Positions 12,240-25,413 of a stretch of 64,000 nucleotides of DNA are shown in pieces. The DNA is taken from the NCBI RefSeq assembly GCF_001194135.2, contig NC_068983.1:83030894-83094893 (forward strand), in the 5' to 3' direction. The notes under the pieces were generated by a model, which worked only from the letters and a program-made list of their open reading frames with translations, searched no databases and was not told the origin of the DNA. Position 1 is the first letter of the stretch. Each line of letters begins with the position of its first letter. The translations under genes were made by a program, and so were the position numbers. This DNA is from Octopus bimaculoides (Eukaryota).

Positions 12240-12625
12240 TCCCATGTCGTAAATTTCACACCCATGGGAAATACTCAAACCGTCCTCTTGGTATAGGCCA
12301 ACGTCATGAGATGGGTATTTATATCTCAATGTGTTTAATATAAACAAACCCACAAGATCCCAGATGTCAGCATAGTAATATGTAAAATATTTGACCCCAT
12401 AGATATATCAAATAGTTCGTCATTATATATTTTTACCCATGCTAATACTTTACTGAACATTAGTGTTCTCCTTGCATGCGTGATAAATCTAGGTCAATAG
12501 GGTTAATATCAACATATGATTTAGCAAATTCAATAACTTTATCAAGCAGCGATCTAGATATAGAGGGATAAAAGTTTATAATATTAAAGTGGGTAAAATT
12601 AGCCTTATTCTTGTTCGTAATCCTA
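12240..12625 (-). mobile_element. Penelope-like RT core fragment (Naiad-like)
   Basis: Translates to TNKNKANFTHFNIINFYPSISRSLLDKVIEFAKSYVDI..HARRTLMF..AWVK..LFDISMGS..DLVGLFILNTL..VGLYQEDGL, a degenerate FDI..FYPSI / MGS / GLYRDDGL core. Confidence 0.82.
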
Positions 12626-13350
12626 ACGTTCATATAAGTTTGCAGTGTGCACAAAACTGCAGCAGAAACATGCGTAATTTCTGAAATGGGAAGACGTGAT
12701 TGACTGCTGAATAAAATTGGATATATAAATCTCTGTTCTCCTTATCATTAATTTATTATACACACACGCGCGCGCGCAAACACACACATATGAGTATGTG
12801 GTTGTAAATTTGTATGCATATGTACATATTTCACCATATGTTAAACAAAATCAACTATAAGAGTAAGGTATTGTTTTTCAGTGGCTTGTATTTATAGTGA
12901 TAGATGTATTTTTAAACGAAGTAATCAAATTATTCTATATAAGTTAGGCAAACACATTGTAATTGAGAGTATATAAAATTCTATGTATGTCTGAATATAA
13001 TTAATATGTGTTCAATTGTCTTAGGAAATATTATTTAAAACATTAATTCATTATTTAGGCAGAGAGTGTATGAGAATATTAAATAAACAAATATTTTACA
13101 TATAACTATGAAAAATAGCTTTAGAATGAAGTTTTGCTTATGTAAGTGTATAGATAAAGGTAATTAATATAGGCACGAGTATGTATTTCTAAGTACAGTC
13201 AGAAGATAAATTTAAATAAGTACATAATGTATGCATATTGTTTATGAGGCAGCTATATTTATATATAACTATGATGAATGGATACATTTAGGGATAATTT
13301 ATGATCTATGCTGAGAGCTTACATTCAATAGAAATATGTTTGTAAAACTA

Positions 13351-13885
13351 AAGGCCGTTCGGACTAAATTTAACCGTTTGCAGAAAAGGTACAACACAAT
13401 ATGCCACTCCAAAATAAGTGTTTTTAATTAAAAAAAAAAAAAGACTATATTATGGATGAGAGATAACAGTTTTCTCAAAGTAGCCGTTCTTAGTTTCCAC
13501 CATGACTTCAAGACAGCCTCTTCACTGTGTCCCTGAGAAGATTTTCGGACATTTCCGTAAACTCAAAATCCTCGAACATCTCCGTGATCTTGGCCACCTC
13601 TTGGCCTTGGTGTTGCTGGCAAAGCAGTGGGTGTCTATCTCAACCTTACTCATAATGATCCATGGGATTATAGACGGGGGAATTAGGCCAGGAATTGGTG
13701 ATGGTGAAGACGGAGAAATTCTCCGATAACCACTTCTGACTCTTTCCTGGGGTATGACAAGCAGCCGAATCCGGCTACCACACGCATGGCCTTCCAGCAG
13801 CAATCCTCTCGAGCGAGGCTTTAACCACAGTCACCAGGAACTTCACATGGTCGTCTGAATTGAGACTAAGGCCCTATTCAAAGAA
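13351..13885 (-). mobile_element. maT (DD37D)-like transposase C-terminal remnant with putative right TIR
   Basis: Translates to GLSLNSDDHVKFLVTVVKASLERIAAGRPCVW*PDSAACHTPGKSQKWLSENF..WPNSPVYNPMD..VEIDTHCFASNTKA..LEVMVETKNGYFE. D-to-D spacing is 36 here, which equals 37 if one Pro codon of WPPNSP was lost. The end AATTTAGTCCGAACGGCCTT is followed by TA (13349-13350). Confidence 0.8.
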
Positions 13886-14289
13886 GGGTTGAATATTGGG
13901 TATGCATGGTGGGTAATGTAAATCATTATGGTGTCGATATTTGCTCCGTCTCTTTTACTTTTTGCTTCATTTGTTACAATTTCCTTTCTCTTCGACAACA
14001 AGCTGCGGAGACATTTGACTGTCAAAGCATGCGATTGGATCTGGAACTTTCCAGATGCTAATTTTTTGTCAATCTTAAATGACAGAAACCTATGTAAGAT
14101 ATAACTATAAATCGGATGGTGACAATAGCTTGATTTCCATCCAACTGGCACGCTGAGAGGGATCTTATCAACTGAATCGAATCCAATTTTCAAATTGTGC
14201 CAATTCTATTGACGGTAGAGAAATTAAGTACGAATGCTAAAAGTCTTATACTCAACTATTTCGACATCCTCCGCCTCCCGCTCAATATA

Positions 14290-14510
14290 ATTGTTTCTGA
14301 TGTAAGCACAAGAATTGAAATTTGGCGTAGGGGGTTCTTTGATACCATCGACTGCAGGACTCCACTCGGAATTTAATTTGTAGGTGCCAGAGGGATGAAA
14401 AGCGAAAATAGCCTCGGCAGGATTCGAACTCAAAATATAAAGAACCAAAAGGAAGCACCGCAAAGTAGTTTTACCCAATTTTCAAACAATTCTGCCGATT
14501 CACCACCACA
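14290..14510 (-). mobile_element. Old SINE family A copy
   Basis: Degenerate match: GGATGAAAAGCGAAAATAGCCTCGGCAGGATTCGAACTCAAAATATAAAGA..ACCGCAAAG..ATTCTGCCGATTCACCACC. Confidence 0.7.
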
Positions 14511-16326
14511 CACCCCTCTAAAGCAGTGATAAATAACAACTGTAAACGGAACGTAAACCAGAAGAACTTGTGTAATGAAAAATTAACGAGCCAAACATCA
14601 TGCTTAGTAGCTGCAAGGAATCTCTTGAGATTTAAATCATATTTTTGAGAATCTTACAATTAGAAATATGAACATTTCAAAACTGTTAATTTCTTTGAAA
14701 ATATCTCCACTTCAAATGGTTCACTTGTGTTACCTTATGATATTTAATTCTTACCACAGTGTTTTGCGAGATTAAATTCTATCCAGTAGAATTTCATCGT
14801 CCGTAGTCAAATAGGTATTGCCGGTAGAGACCACCGCAGATATTTTCTTAATCAAGTCAACAATCTGATTTTCAAAAGAAAACATTAATTTATTAATTAT
14901 TTATCTAACAAAGTATAATAATCCCGCAAATTTATATCAGATGGACAGAAGTATTTTTCTTTTTGGCAATGTTTAAGCTTTTCTCAGGAGTATTAAGAGT
15001 ATAACTGAAGTAAACTGGCTTTGAGAGAGACCACTTCCTCTATTTATGATTGCCTGTATTCAATTAATTCACTGGTTTCTTACACTGTGAATCACAAGTA
15101 TACTGAACCACATGGGAACAGAAATGAGCATGTTAAACATGCATGCTCTTCTGGAAATCATTATCAACATAAATGAATTCTAATACCTCAGGCGAAGAAT
15201 TAAATTTATTAAATTATCAGTTAGTTATTTAGTCAGGTATTTATTAATTGTTAATGAAAAATTAGTTGGATATTAAATTATTAATTAATTACTGATTAAT
15301 TATTGAATTTATTAACTACTATATAATTAATTAATAAAATATTTTGTCCCACTACCATTATTACTACTTCTTCCATCCAGCATATCAAGTCACAGAGAGA
15401 TTAGTCGTTATTGTTTTTGTTCAATTTGTTTCAATGTTTGTTTAATTACTTACTTGAGTGTCTGCTTTAGTATTTATTAATGACTGCTAAGCAAAAGTAA
15501 TTTTACTTTTCTAGTTAATTATTCAGATGCAAGTATGGAGGGTTCTGAGTTATACCAACACCGAACTCAATTTGCACAGAAAACGAATTCCAACGCAAAT
15601 ACGAGATATGTGACAAATGAAATCAGTTGCGCGCGCGCGCACTCGCACACACACACACACACACACACGCACACTCACACACACACACACACACACGCAC
15701 ACTCGCACATACACACAGACACGCACATATACATACATGCACGCGCACACGTGCACACGCACACACACACGCGCACACACACGCAGAAGCACACTCAGAT
15801 AAACAAAGAAACAGAAATACTATAGAAACACATTCTCATACGTAGGTACATAAAAATATAATTAGTTTCAGTACAATAATGTTTACAAACGAAAATGCCT
15901 TCAGACAATGACTACAAAATTTCGTTTGCAAAAATTCCATTTTGTTTTTGTTCTTCAACATTTTAGTAAATATCAGCGCAAATATTTCTTCTGTATAGAA
16001 CAGAATGAGTTGAGTTGAACATTGAAAATAGTCGTTCTTGTTATTAATAGCTTCACTATATATGGCTAAATTTGTAGTGCGTTTGTTAGTAAGTCACTTT
16101 GCATTTCAATATTAAATTCATCTGGCATATAATGGAATTGACTTTCATTTTATTGGGCTCGACCAGGCAAAGGAGAGCCAAATATTGGTTTTATTTTACT
16201 CATCTGTGTCTTCTTTCAAACTGTGTGGGCCAGCGCTTAAGTAGGGAATCGATATTCTTAACTCGTTCAGACAAAAAGCCTACTGACAGACTAAACATAA
16301 TGAAATAATCAATAGTTGATGGCTAA

Positions 16327-16490
16327 GCCCAGATATGGCTATGTGGTAAAGAAACTTTCTTGCAATTAAGTGATTTGGGGCTCCGTCCCACAGCACAGCA
16401 CCTTGGGTATGCGCTTCTACTATAGTTCGGGACTAACCAATGTCACATGAGCGAAATTAGTTGAGAGAAATTATATGGAAACCCGCTGTA

Positions 16491-16525
<35 letters not shown>

Positions 16526-17680
16526 ATATATATATATATATATNNNNNNNNNNNNNNNNNNNNNNNNNNNNNNNNNNNNNNNNNNNNNNNNNNNNNNNNN
16601 NNNNNNNNNNNNNNNNNNNNNNNNNNNNNNNNNNNNNNNNNNNNNNNNNNNNNNNNNNNNNNNNNNNNNNNNNNNNNNNNNNNNNNNNNNNNNNNNNNNN
16701 NNNNNNNNNNNNNNNNNNNNNNNNNNNNNNNNNNNNNNNNNNNNNNNNNNNNNNNNNNNNNNNNNNNNNNNNNNNNNNNNNNNNNNNNNNNNNNNNNNNN
16801 NNNNNNNNNNNNNNNNNNNNNNNNNNNNNNNNNNNNNNNNNNNNNNNNNNNNNNNNNNNNNNNNNNNNNNNNNNNNNNNNNNNNNNNNNNNNNNNNNNNN
16901 NNNNNNNNNNNNNNNNNNNNNNNNNNNNNNNNNNNNNNNNNNNNNNNNNNNNNNNNNNNNNNNNNNNNNNNNNNNNNNNNNNNNNNNNNNNNNNNNNNNN
17001 NNNNNNNNNNNNNNNNNNNNNNNNNNNNNNNNNNNNNNNNNNNNNNNNNNNNNNNNNNNNNNNNNNNNNNNNNNNNNNNNNNNNNNNNNNNNNNNNNNNN
17101 NNNNNNNNNNNNNNNNNNNNNNNNNNNNNNNNNNNNNNNNNNNNNNNNNNNNNNNNNNNNNAGTAGCTATATTTTTGAATAGAACTTATTTTCGATAATT
17201 TCAATTGATTTTAATTGATTTTAATCGATTTAAATTTCTTTTCTATTTGAAAATTGGTTATGAAACACGTGTAATCTTTTTATATTTATCTTATGATATT
17301 TACTTTACTTTATATTATACTTATTTTTTGTGCTTTTAATTATTAATTTTTCTATATGTGATAGTGGATTTTCATCGATGAGTTCTTGAAAATTGGTTAT
17401 TTTCCCTAAAACTATATATATATATATATATACACACATACATACATACATACATACATACATACATACATAATTACTTACATATGTATGCGTGTATTTG
17501 TAATTTTTCTCTACTGGTACTGATTTGTCTATGTCACTTTGCGGTTTGGCAAAAAGGATCGATGAAGAAAGTACCAGACTTAACAAAATCAGTATTGGCA
17601 TTGCCTTGTCCAACGAAACACTTCAAAACAGTACCCCGCTATGGCTGCAGTCCAACGACTGATAGAAGTAACAGATAAAA
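16327..17680 (+). mobile_element. Old SINE family B pieces (5' half 16327-16445, 3' half about 17470-17680) spanning an N-gap
   Basis: 5' half GGCTATGTGGTAAAGAAAC..GCACCTTGGGTATGCGCTTCTACTATAG; tail GCTATGGCTGCAGTCCAACGACTGATAGAAGTAACAGATAAAAG. Confidence 0.65.
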
Positions 17681-18039
17681 GGTGTACAATATTTCGAATA
17701 CGAAATTATATTAAAAATTTGGACGTTATTAACAATCACACTCTTCCTAAACTACCATGCAGTAAAGGAATGCTAAAATATATCATCGCAAAACATTTCT
17801 CCGTATTTCCTATAAAACTTTTCATTTTTAGGAACGCATTCATCCCTGTCATGGAATGAAAATTAGTGCAATGAAGCCTAACTTATAACACACTTATATA
17901 GCATTTTTAATTATTCCACATAGCCATTGATATAATTATTTCATGCTTTCATTTATTTAGTAATCATTTCCAAATTTGGAACCAATAACTTTTAATTTGC
18001 TAACAAAAACAAATACGCGGTATGTTAAAATTAACTTAC

Positions 18040-18137
18040 CTTCAGCTCTCAACTCTCGTTGCAGTCGTAGTGGCAACGTCGGAGATAGAACATGTGTGGG
18101 CGTCTGATCCCTCACCAGGTCTGACCACAGCCGATTT
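18040..18137 (-). other. Candidate exon of an unidentified gene
   Basis: GC-richer island. Perfect donor AAG|GTAAGT at 18040/18039. A long (TC)n pyrimidine tract precedes AG at 18138-18139. One open frame: NRLWSDLVRDQTPTHVLSPTLPLRLQRELRAE. No homology recognised. Confidence 0.3.
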
Positions 18138-18163
18138 CTTCCACAGGGAGAAAAAGAGAGGGA

Positions 18164-18210
<47 letters not shown>

Positions 18211-18229
18211 AGAGAGATTTGAATTGACT

Positions 18230-18350
18230 CCTGTTTTGGACTGGTAGATTATTTGTCGAACCCGAAAGAATGAAGAGCGAAGTTTACCTCTATAGGATTT
18301 GAACTTATAACGGAGAAAAACGGAGCAAATAACTCAACGCTTTCTGTTCA
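18230..18350 (-). mobile_element. Old SINE family A fragment
   Basis: CTGGTAGATTATTTGTCGAACCCGAAAGAATGAAGAGCGAAGTTTACCTC..GGATTTGAACT. Confidence 0.6.
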
Positions 18351-18987
18351 ACACTTGAATGATTCGACAAATTCAACTTTCCCATTGTAACAATAATGAC
18401 TGCGGCTTAGTAACNNNNNNNNNNNNNNNNNNNNNNNNNNNNNNNNNNNNNNNNNNNNNNNNNNNNNNNNNNNNNNNNNNNNNNNNNNNNNNNNNNNNNN
18501 NNNNNNNNNNNNNNNNNNNNNNNNNNNNNNNNNNNNNNNNNNNNNNNNNNNNNNNNNNNNNNNNNNNNNNNNNNNNNNNNNNNNNNNNNNNNNNNNNNNN
18601 NNNNNNNNNNNNNNNNNNNNNNNNNNNNNNNNNNNNNNNNNNNNNNNNNNNNNNNNNNNNNNNNNNNNNNNNNNNNNNNNNNNNNNNNNNNNNNNNNNNN
18701 NNNNNNNNNNNTGTGTGTGTGTGTGTGAGTTCTCTTCTCTTTTTAATTATTTAAATCCTTTCTCTGAAGAAGAAGCTGGTTCCTAGCAAATATACAAATC
18801 TCCATCGCTGGAATGGAGATTATAAAAACAATGTCACACAAACTTGTGAAAAGTGTTGCATCTTTTTACCGTTCCTCTTACAGATTGTATTTGTAATGTG
18901 CGATTTCTGAAAACCATGGCTTATCCAAATTGCTGCTTTCAATGATTTCCTGAAAGACATTTTGCATATTGTAGAAGATATTTTATT

Positions 18988-19061
18988 ATGACGTCATTTC
19001 AATTCTGATTTTTATATATTTCCATTCAAAAGATTTGTATATGTCTCTTATGACGTCATAA
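18988..19061. promoter_or_regulatory. Pair of full CRE palindromes
   Basis: ATGACGTCAT at 18988-18997 and TTATGACGTCATAA at 19048-19061. Motif only; function untested. Confidence 0.3.
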
Positions 19062-19909
19062 TTAGCTGACTGTTTTTTTTTTATAAGTATACAGTATAAT
19101 TTTGCTTTTGTCTTCATATCTTTAATACTTCAGTAGACACTAATATCGGATAGCCTTGCTTATAATCGTATCAATATTTCACCGACTACAAGATGGGTAA
19201 GCTTTTGATTCTACACACACACAAACACGCATGCACGCACGTACACACGCACACGCGCGCGCACAAACACGCACACTCACACCCACATACATACACACAC
19301 ATAATTTAGGCAGTTTGTATCAATCTGAACAGCCAATTGCTCTCACTCGGTGAGCCTTCCCGTAGTGTGGTTTAGGACAACATTTTTGGATCAGAACATT
19401 AAGCTAGTTAGGTTTTCTTTTAATAATCATTCCGTAGGAACGTCCCTAGATGAAACAGACAAAAACAATGTCTCCACTCTGCAGACGGAGGCCAGATTTG
19501 CGGTAATGTTTATATGCATCCACTGCTGGTTGTACATTCATAACATTTTTGCACTCTCCATCTGCCAACGTTGCAACTATTACGTAAATTGGAGACCACA
19601 GGAATAGCTGTCAGATCTAAAATAGCATGCCCTCTCAGTTTAGTTTTCTGTCTTTTGTACTCCGTGTAAGCCTGTTCTGTAAATATAGATCTGCTTCTAG
19701 CACATTAGCAGTCCACCTAGTGGCTTCTTTTATATATATTTTTATATATACATATATAAATATCTATATGTTTATACATGAATATATATATATCGTATAT
19801 ATGTATTTACATGTATATATATATATGAATGTAGATGATATATAACGAAACCAAGGGTGCTTAATTGTTTATTTCCATCATTATTTCTATATTTGTTTTA
19901 TATATGTGG

Positions 19910-20068
19910 AAGGCGGCGAACTGGCAGAATCGTTACCACGTCGGGTAAAAAGCTCAGTTGTATTTCGCCCGTCTTCGCGTTCTAATTTCAAATTCCGCCG
20001 AAGCCGATTTTGCCTTTCATCCTCTCGGGCTCGATGAATTAAGTACTAGTGAAACACTGGGGTCGATA
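19910..20068 (+). mobile_element. SINE family A
   Basis: AAGGCGGCGAACTGGCAGAATCGTTACC..TTCAAATTCCGCCGAAGCCGATTTTGCCTTTCATCCTCTCGGGCTCGATGAATTAAGTACTAG. Confidence 0.88.
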
Positions 20069-20244
20069 TGAGTCTATGTATGTATGTATGGATGTGCGCG
20101 TGAGTGTATGTAAGAACATTACTGTATATATGTCCTTATCTCGACAATACGTGTTACTTGCAAAATTTCTGTCGCTGTCATACAGGTAATGCTATTCATT
20201 ACCAATATTCTGCGAAGAAATACCACCTAGGTAGGAGCAAGACG

Positions 20245-20364
20245 AGAGTTGGCGTCAGGAACGGCATCTGGCCGTAGAATGATCTGCCTCAATAAACTCC
20301 GTCCAGCCCAAGCAAGCGTGGAAAAGTAGACGTTTAAATGAGGATGATGATGGTGATGATGATA

Positions 20365-20411
<47 letters not shown>
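20245..20411 (+). mobile_element. 3' part of another SINE family (Deu/Nin-like domain) with (GAT)n tail
   Basis: GTTGGCGTCAGGAACGGCATCTGGCCGTAGAA resembles the GGAAGGGCATCCGGCCGTAAAA motif of Deu/Nin SINEs. It continues ..GGAAAAGTAGACGTTTAAATGAG(GAT)n. Confidence 0.65.
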
Positions 20412-20412
<1 letters not shown>

Positions 20413-21162
20413 TATTATATATCAGCTTTATATAATTACAAGTGAATACAAATCTTATCCATTTGTAACTAGACAAACAATCAATGGGGTTTGTCAAATT
20501 TTCATAGTTAGTTTCATGAACATCCGAGACTCTTTAAACATCTTCTCTAACATGTAGGTAGGTGTCAAAGCACGGTTACAAGGTGTCCGAGATGTGTCAT
20601 GTAATCGCAAACACTCTCATCAAAGGTCGTTCAGTGCAAGATAATGGTTTCCAACCAAGAATCAACAAAGATTTCTACATTTTCTTAAAAAAGTGAAGAA
20701 TTTATGAAGTGATATTTAAAAAAAAAATATCCTCCGTGCGTGTGTGCGTGTGTGTAAATACATATATGTATGTATATACATACATATGCATATATATACA
20801 CATATGTGTGTGTGTACTTGGGTACAAGCGTCTATGTTTGCGTGTGTATGTGTGTGCGTGCGTGCGTGCGTGCGTTCGAAGATATGTATAGTGCGAGAAT
20901 ATGTGTGCTATAAATTTAGCAGTAACACCGGGCCATATTAACTCTTGGACGTAAATAACATTTAATCCTATCAACGTGTCTAACACGAAAGCAAGGTAAA
21001 GAGAGAACTAAATGCAACAAAAATCCAACTGAAAAATCTCTGTGCAGCATACAGAAATAAGTTGAATATTTCTTGATTTAACTGTACTGTATGTATTGAA
21101 GTTTAATACATATAACCATACATATATAAACATGTATATATGTATGTATATATATATGTGTG

Positions 21163-21168
<6 letters not shown>

Positions 21169-21258
<90 letters not shown>
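21169..21258. repeat. (GA)n microsatellite
   Basis: Seen directly. Confidence 0.98.
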
Positions 21259-21261
<3 letters not shown>

Positions 21262-21959
21262 GTATATATATATGCTTGCATTCATACAAACGTGTATGCG
21301 TGTGTTTGTATGTATGACTTTCGCCAGAAGCGAACAATATATGTATTGAGTATAGAATTTTGCTGAAGGAATTGGTAGAGTGTTCTTCACAGTATTTTCT
21401 CTCACTATGTTACACTCTCACCCTCTCTCTGTCTCTTCTATCTTTCCGTCTTCCCCCCCCCTCTCTCTTTATCTTTCTCTCTGGTGTTATTTATTTGTGT
21501 GTGTGTGAGGGAGACACAGACAGCGACAGACAGTGACAGAAAGAGTGGGAGCATGTGAGAAAGAAACAAAGTGATTTCTTTCTCCCACACCTCTACACTC
21601 TACCCTCCCACTGACTTACCCTTCTAACACGCTCTTTACTTTATCATAGCAGCAATCTGTTGTTGCGTATGTGAAGGTGGTAAATAAACAGGTTTCACTG
21701 GTAATTAAAATCTAGCCTTATCTTAATCTCCATCTTAATTGAATTGAATTGGTATGTAGGGCTGGGGTAGGAAGCGTGACCGAAAGGGTAGGAGAGACCA
21801 GGAGTTAAGGATATCGACTTGAAAAGATTGATTCTATGAACAAGTAAGTTGGTGTGGGAGCGAAAGGAAAGAGAAAATGTATAGATGAATAACTGATATT
21901 CTTTGGTTCTTGTTATTAAACTGAAATGGCCCTGCTCAGATCTTTTACTAGGCTAAGTT

Positions 21960-22130
21960 TGATTAAATTGACTCTGGTAAATATTTTATTGACTAGTAGC
22001 TCTTATTTTATCGACTTCGGAAGGCTTGAAACGCTAGACATTGTCGGGCGAGATTTGAACTGACAACATAGAGACGTAGCCGCATTGAGAAAAAAAGAGT
22101 TGTTTGACACTCTACCGATTCTGCCATCCA
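21960..22130 (-). mobile_element. Old SINE family A fragment
   Basis: CTCTTATTTTATCGACTTCGGAAGGCTTGAAA..GATTTGAACTGACAAC..CCGATTCTGCCA. Confidence 0.6.
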
Positions 22131-22703
22131 GTCGCGAAGAGGGTAAAAACGTAAACAGAGCAACGGGGGATTAGCTCTCTGTTTACTTTTCTAGGAAGAG
22201 CTAAAGATGAAGTAAACGGAGATTGAACACAAGGAGAGTCAGTGAAGGAAAGAGAGTCAGACATTTAAACTAGGCAGAAAATGAATGAGCAGGAAAGGCA
22301 AATAACGAGGAAGGACTTGGAAAAGGGAAAACGGGGTCGGCGAAAGGACAATAACATTCTTAAACAGCAATTACTTGAGTATATTCTAAGGTAATCATCC
22401 ATGTTCTCGGTTCAAGAACGGATGTTTCATTTAGCATGGTGCCTAAATAGCGTCGAACAATGCGAGCTGGATGAAGCCTCTTTCAGCCAAACCTCATTGC
22501 TTGTATTCTACCCTACGTTTGTGAGTATTTGAACGAGTGTAAAGCGACAGAGTAAGCTTTTAATTGTGTGCAGTAAAGTTTATCTCATGAAGTGATGTCA
22601 TTCTCATTGTTTATGATCGTTGGCATTAGTATAGTTGTTTTGTCATTCTTGACATAGATAGGGCCCCTGTTGACGATGCTCTAGTTTATGTGTTTGAGCT
22701 TCA

Positions 22704-22872
22704 AAGGCAGGCATGGGTGTGTGGTTAAGAATTTCGCTTCTTAATTTAAAGACTCTAAGTTCGATACGACTATAGAGCGTTTCGGGCAAATGTCTTTTAT
22801 AATAGCGTCTCCAGGACCGAAGTTCTATAAGTGAAACTGCGTAGATGGAAACTGTTTGGAAGCTTGTCCTAT
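22704..22872 (+). mobile_element. Old SINE family B 5' half
   Basis: GGCAGGCATGGGTGTGTGGTTAAGAATTTCGCTTC..TTCGGGCAAATGTCTTTTATAATAGC..GATGGAAACTG..GGAAGCTTGTC. Confidence 0.65.
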
Positions 22873-24214
22873 GAGCTCTATCTTCAATTCATCAGCTAGT
22901 TTTGTCACACATGATATCACTCCTATTGTACCAAGGGATTACGCCAATGGTTCACGTGTCCGTGGAATATCCTACCATATATACAGTAAATCAAAGAGCA
23001 AGCAGTTCAGGTGATTTGATGACTTAATATTCCTAGACTAAACCAACAAGGATCGAATTCCTTTCGCTTTTAACTTTACGTGGTTGAGATACGCTAGGCT
23101 AAACAGTTGTGTTGAACGGGAGAAAAACTAGAAGGGAAATATTAGAGAAATAATAAATTCCCGGTCATGAGTTTCTGAACCTTAGAAGTTTTTTCCCATC
23201 GCCTTTCTTTTGCAAAACCTGATCTGTTCTGCATAAATTTTGTTTGCTGGATGTTTCGGGTCCAGCTGGATGTTTGGGAACATTCAACTCGTGCATGCAT
23301 CTGTGGACACAGGTATGGATCTGTTTCAATCAAGAGCTTCCGACTTGTATCACAGCATTTGATATCTTGAGCAATCATTATGTCGACTAATGTCTTCTGG
23401 AAAAAAGTACGTAGAGAGAAGCTGCGAAAAGGCCCGGCAAATGGATGGCACCAGTACTTCAAAGTGACATGGCATATACTCCGGCATGTTGGTTCCGCCT
23501 GAGAAGTAGCCTAAGGATACACATGTTTGTAGAATATACAGCGCTACAATGCAGTCAACGACTGTTCAATAAAACGAACCTCTGGAAAAGTCATCATTGA
23601 AAGTTCTGAAGGTCCATTCGCATGTGTGTCTATGCTCGCGTGTTTGTGTATATACATATGTGTCTGCACATAGACATGTGTATGCGTGTCCTATAAACAT
23701 ATAAATCTATATGTACGTGTAAACGCATATGTAGGTACATTATACGCGTGTGTGTGTGTGAGCGCGCGCTTATACCAGATAGTGAAACAGAGTTGGGTAA
23801 CAGGTGGAGGGAGACCGCGAACTACTGATAGAAATGCAATATTCAAAAGTGTGAAAGAAGAGAATTCATAACAAAGACAGCGTAAAGAAAATAATAAACT
23901 TTAGTGAAAGCAAATCAAAAACCTCATTGATGTTGTTATTTTGTTTTGTTTTGTTTTTTTCCTCTGCCTATAATTCATGTATAGAAATATATTTGCATCT
24001 TATAGAGATTTCAGTAGATTTTTTTAAAACTTCTATCTGTAACGTAAGAATATTTGAATACTTATTTAACAAATTAATATTTTATATTCCGACCCTCCAC
24101 ATTCGTTCACATACGTCACAGATTTACCACATGAATACAATTAACTATATATATGTAACTCATACACACATCTGCGCGTACAGTAACGCACACACGCACA
24201 TCAGTATATAAATG

Positions 24215-24265
<51 letters not shown>

Positions 24266-24592
24266 GCGTGTGTGTGCGTGTGTGCAGGAATATATGCATG
24301 TGTGTATGCATAAAATGTAATTTTAATTTTAAATACAGCCATATATGAATAATATGTATTATATACATATATTATATATAATTTTTTATTATTTATATAC
24401 TCAGACTTCATTATGAAAACTACATACAACACTTGCACACCAAATGCAGGAAGATGTACATGCGTGCCTTTGTATATATATTCACTTATATGCATATATT
24501 TATACATACACGCACACTGAAAAACACATACATCTGTTTGAGTGTGTGAGTGTGGCTGTATGAATATATGTAAATGAATATATATATATGTG

Positions 24593-24650
<58 letters not shown>

Positions 24651-25347
24651 AGTATGCATGTAGATGCATATATTGATATACATGCATAGATGTATTTATA
24701 TGTATGTAGGTAAGAATAAGTATAGATGCTATTCAAGAATTGCAACTGTTATTTGAATGAGATATTCACAAACATTCTGTATATATTTAATTTATTTTAA
24801 TTTAGTTTTCCTATTTTCTTTATTTTAATATGATTTCAATGACAAAATAATACATATACACCATATTCTTTTCGATATGTAACAACAAATATTGGTAAAA
24901 GACATGTATATATGCATACATATATGTATGTATATATACACATACATGATTACATATATGTATATATACACACACACGCACATATATGGTTGTTTGTGCG
25001 CAAGTATGTGTGAGTACTCACACACATATATGTGGGATGTTCCTGGTTATCGTTGTATGTGTGTGTGTGTAATTTTATGTGTGTATGGAGATAGACTGAT
25101 AATTAGAAAGACAATATCATATTATCTTTTCTTCCTATATATTAATTATGAAATTTTGAGACTTGAAGACTTCTCTGTTATTTCTAGCAGGCCAAGCGAC
25201 TAGGCAGAATCACTCGCGCTTGTCAAAATTTTCTAATATTGTAGTCGCACCTTTCAATTACCTTAATTTTTCTCCTATTTAAGGTACACAGGCTTCAGTT
25301 AAAATTTCAGATAGTGTAAAAATTGTAATGAAATGAGAAGAATGTTT

Positions 25348-25413
<66 letters not shown>

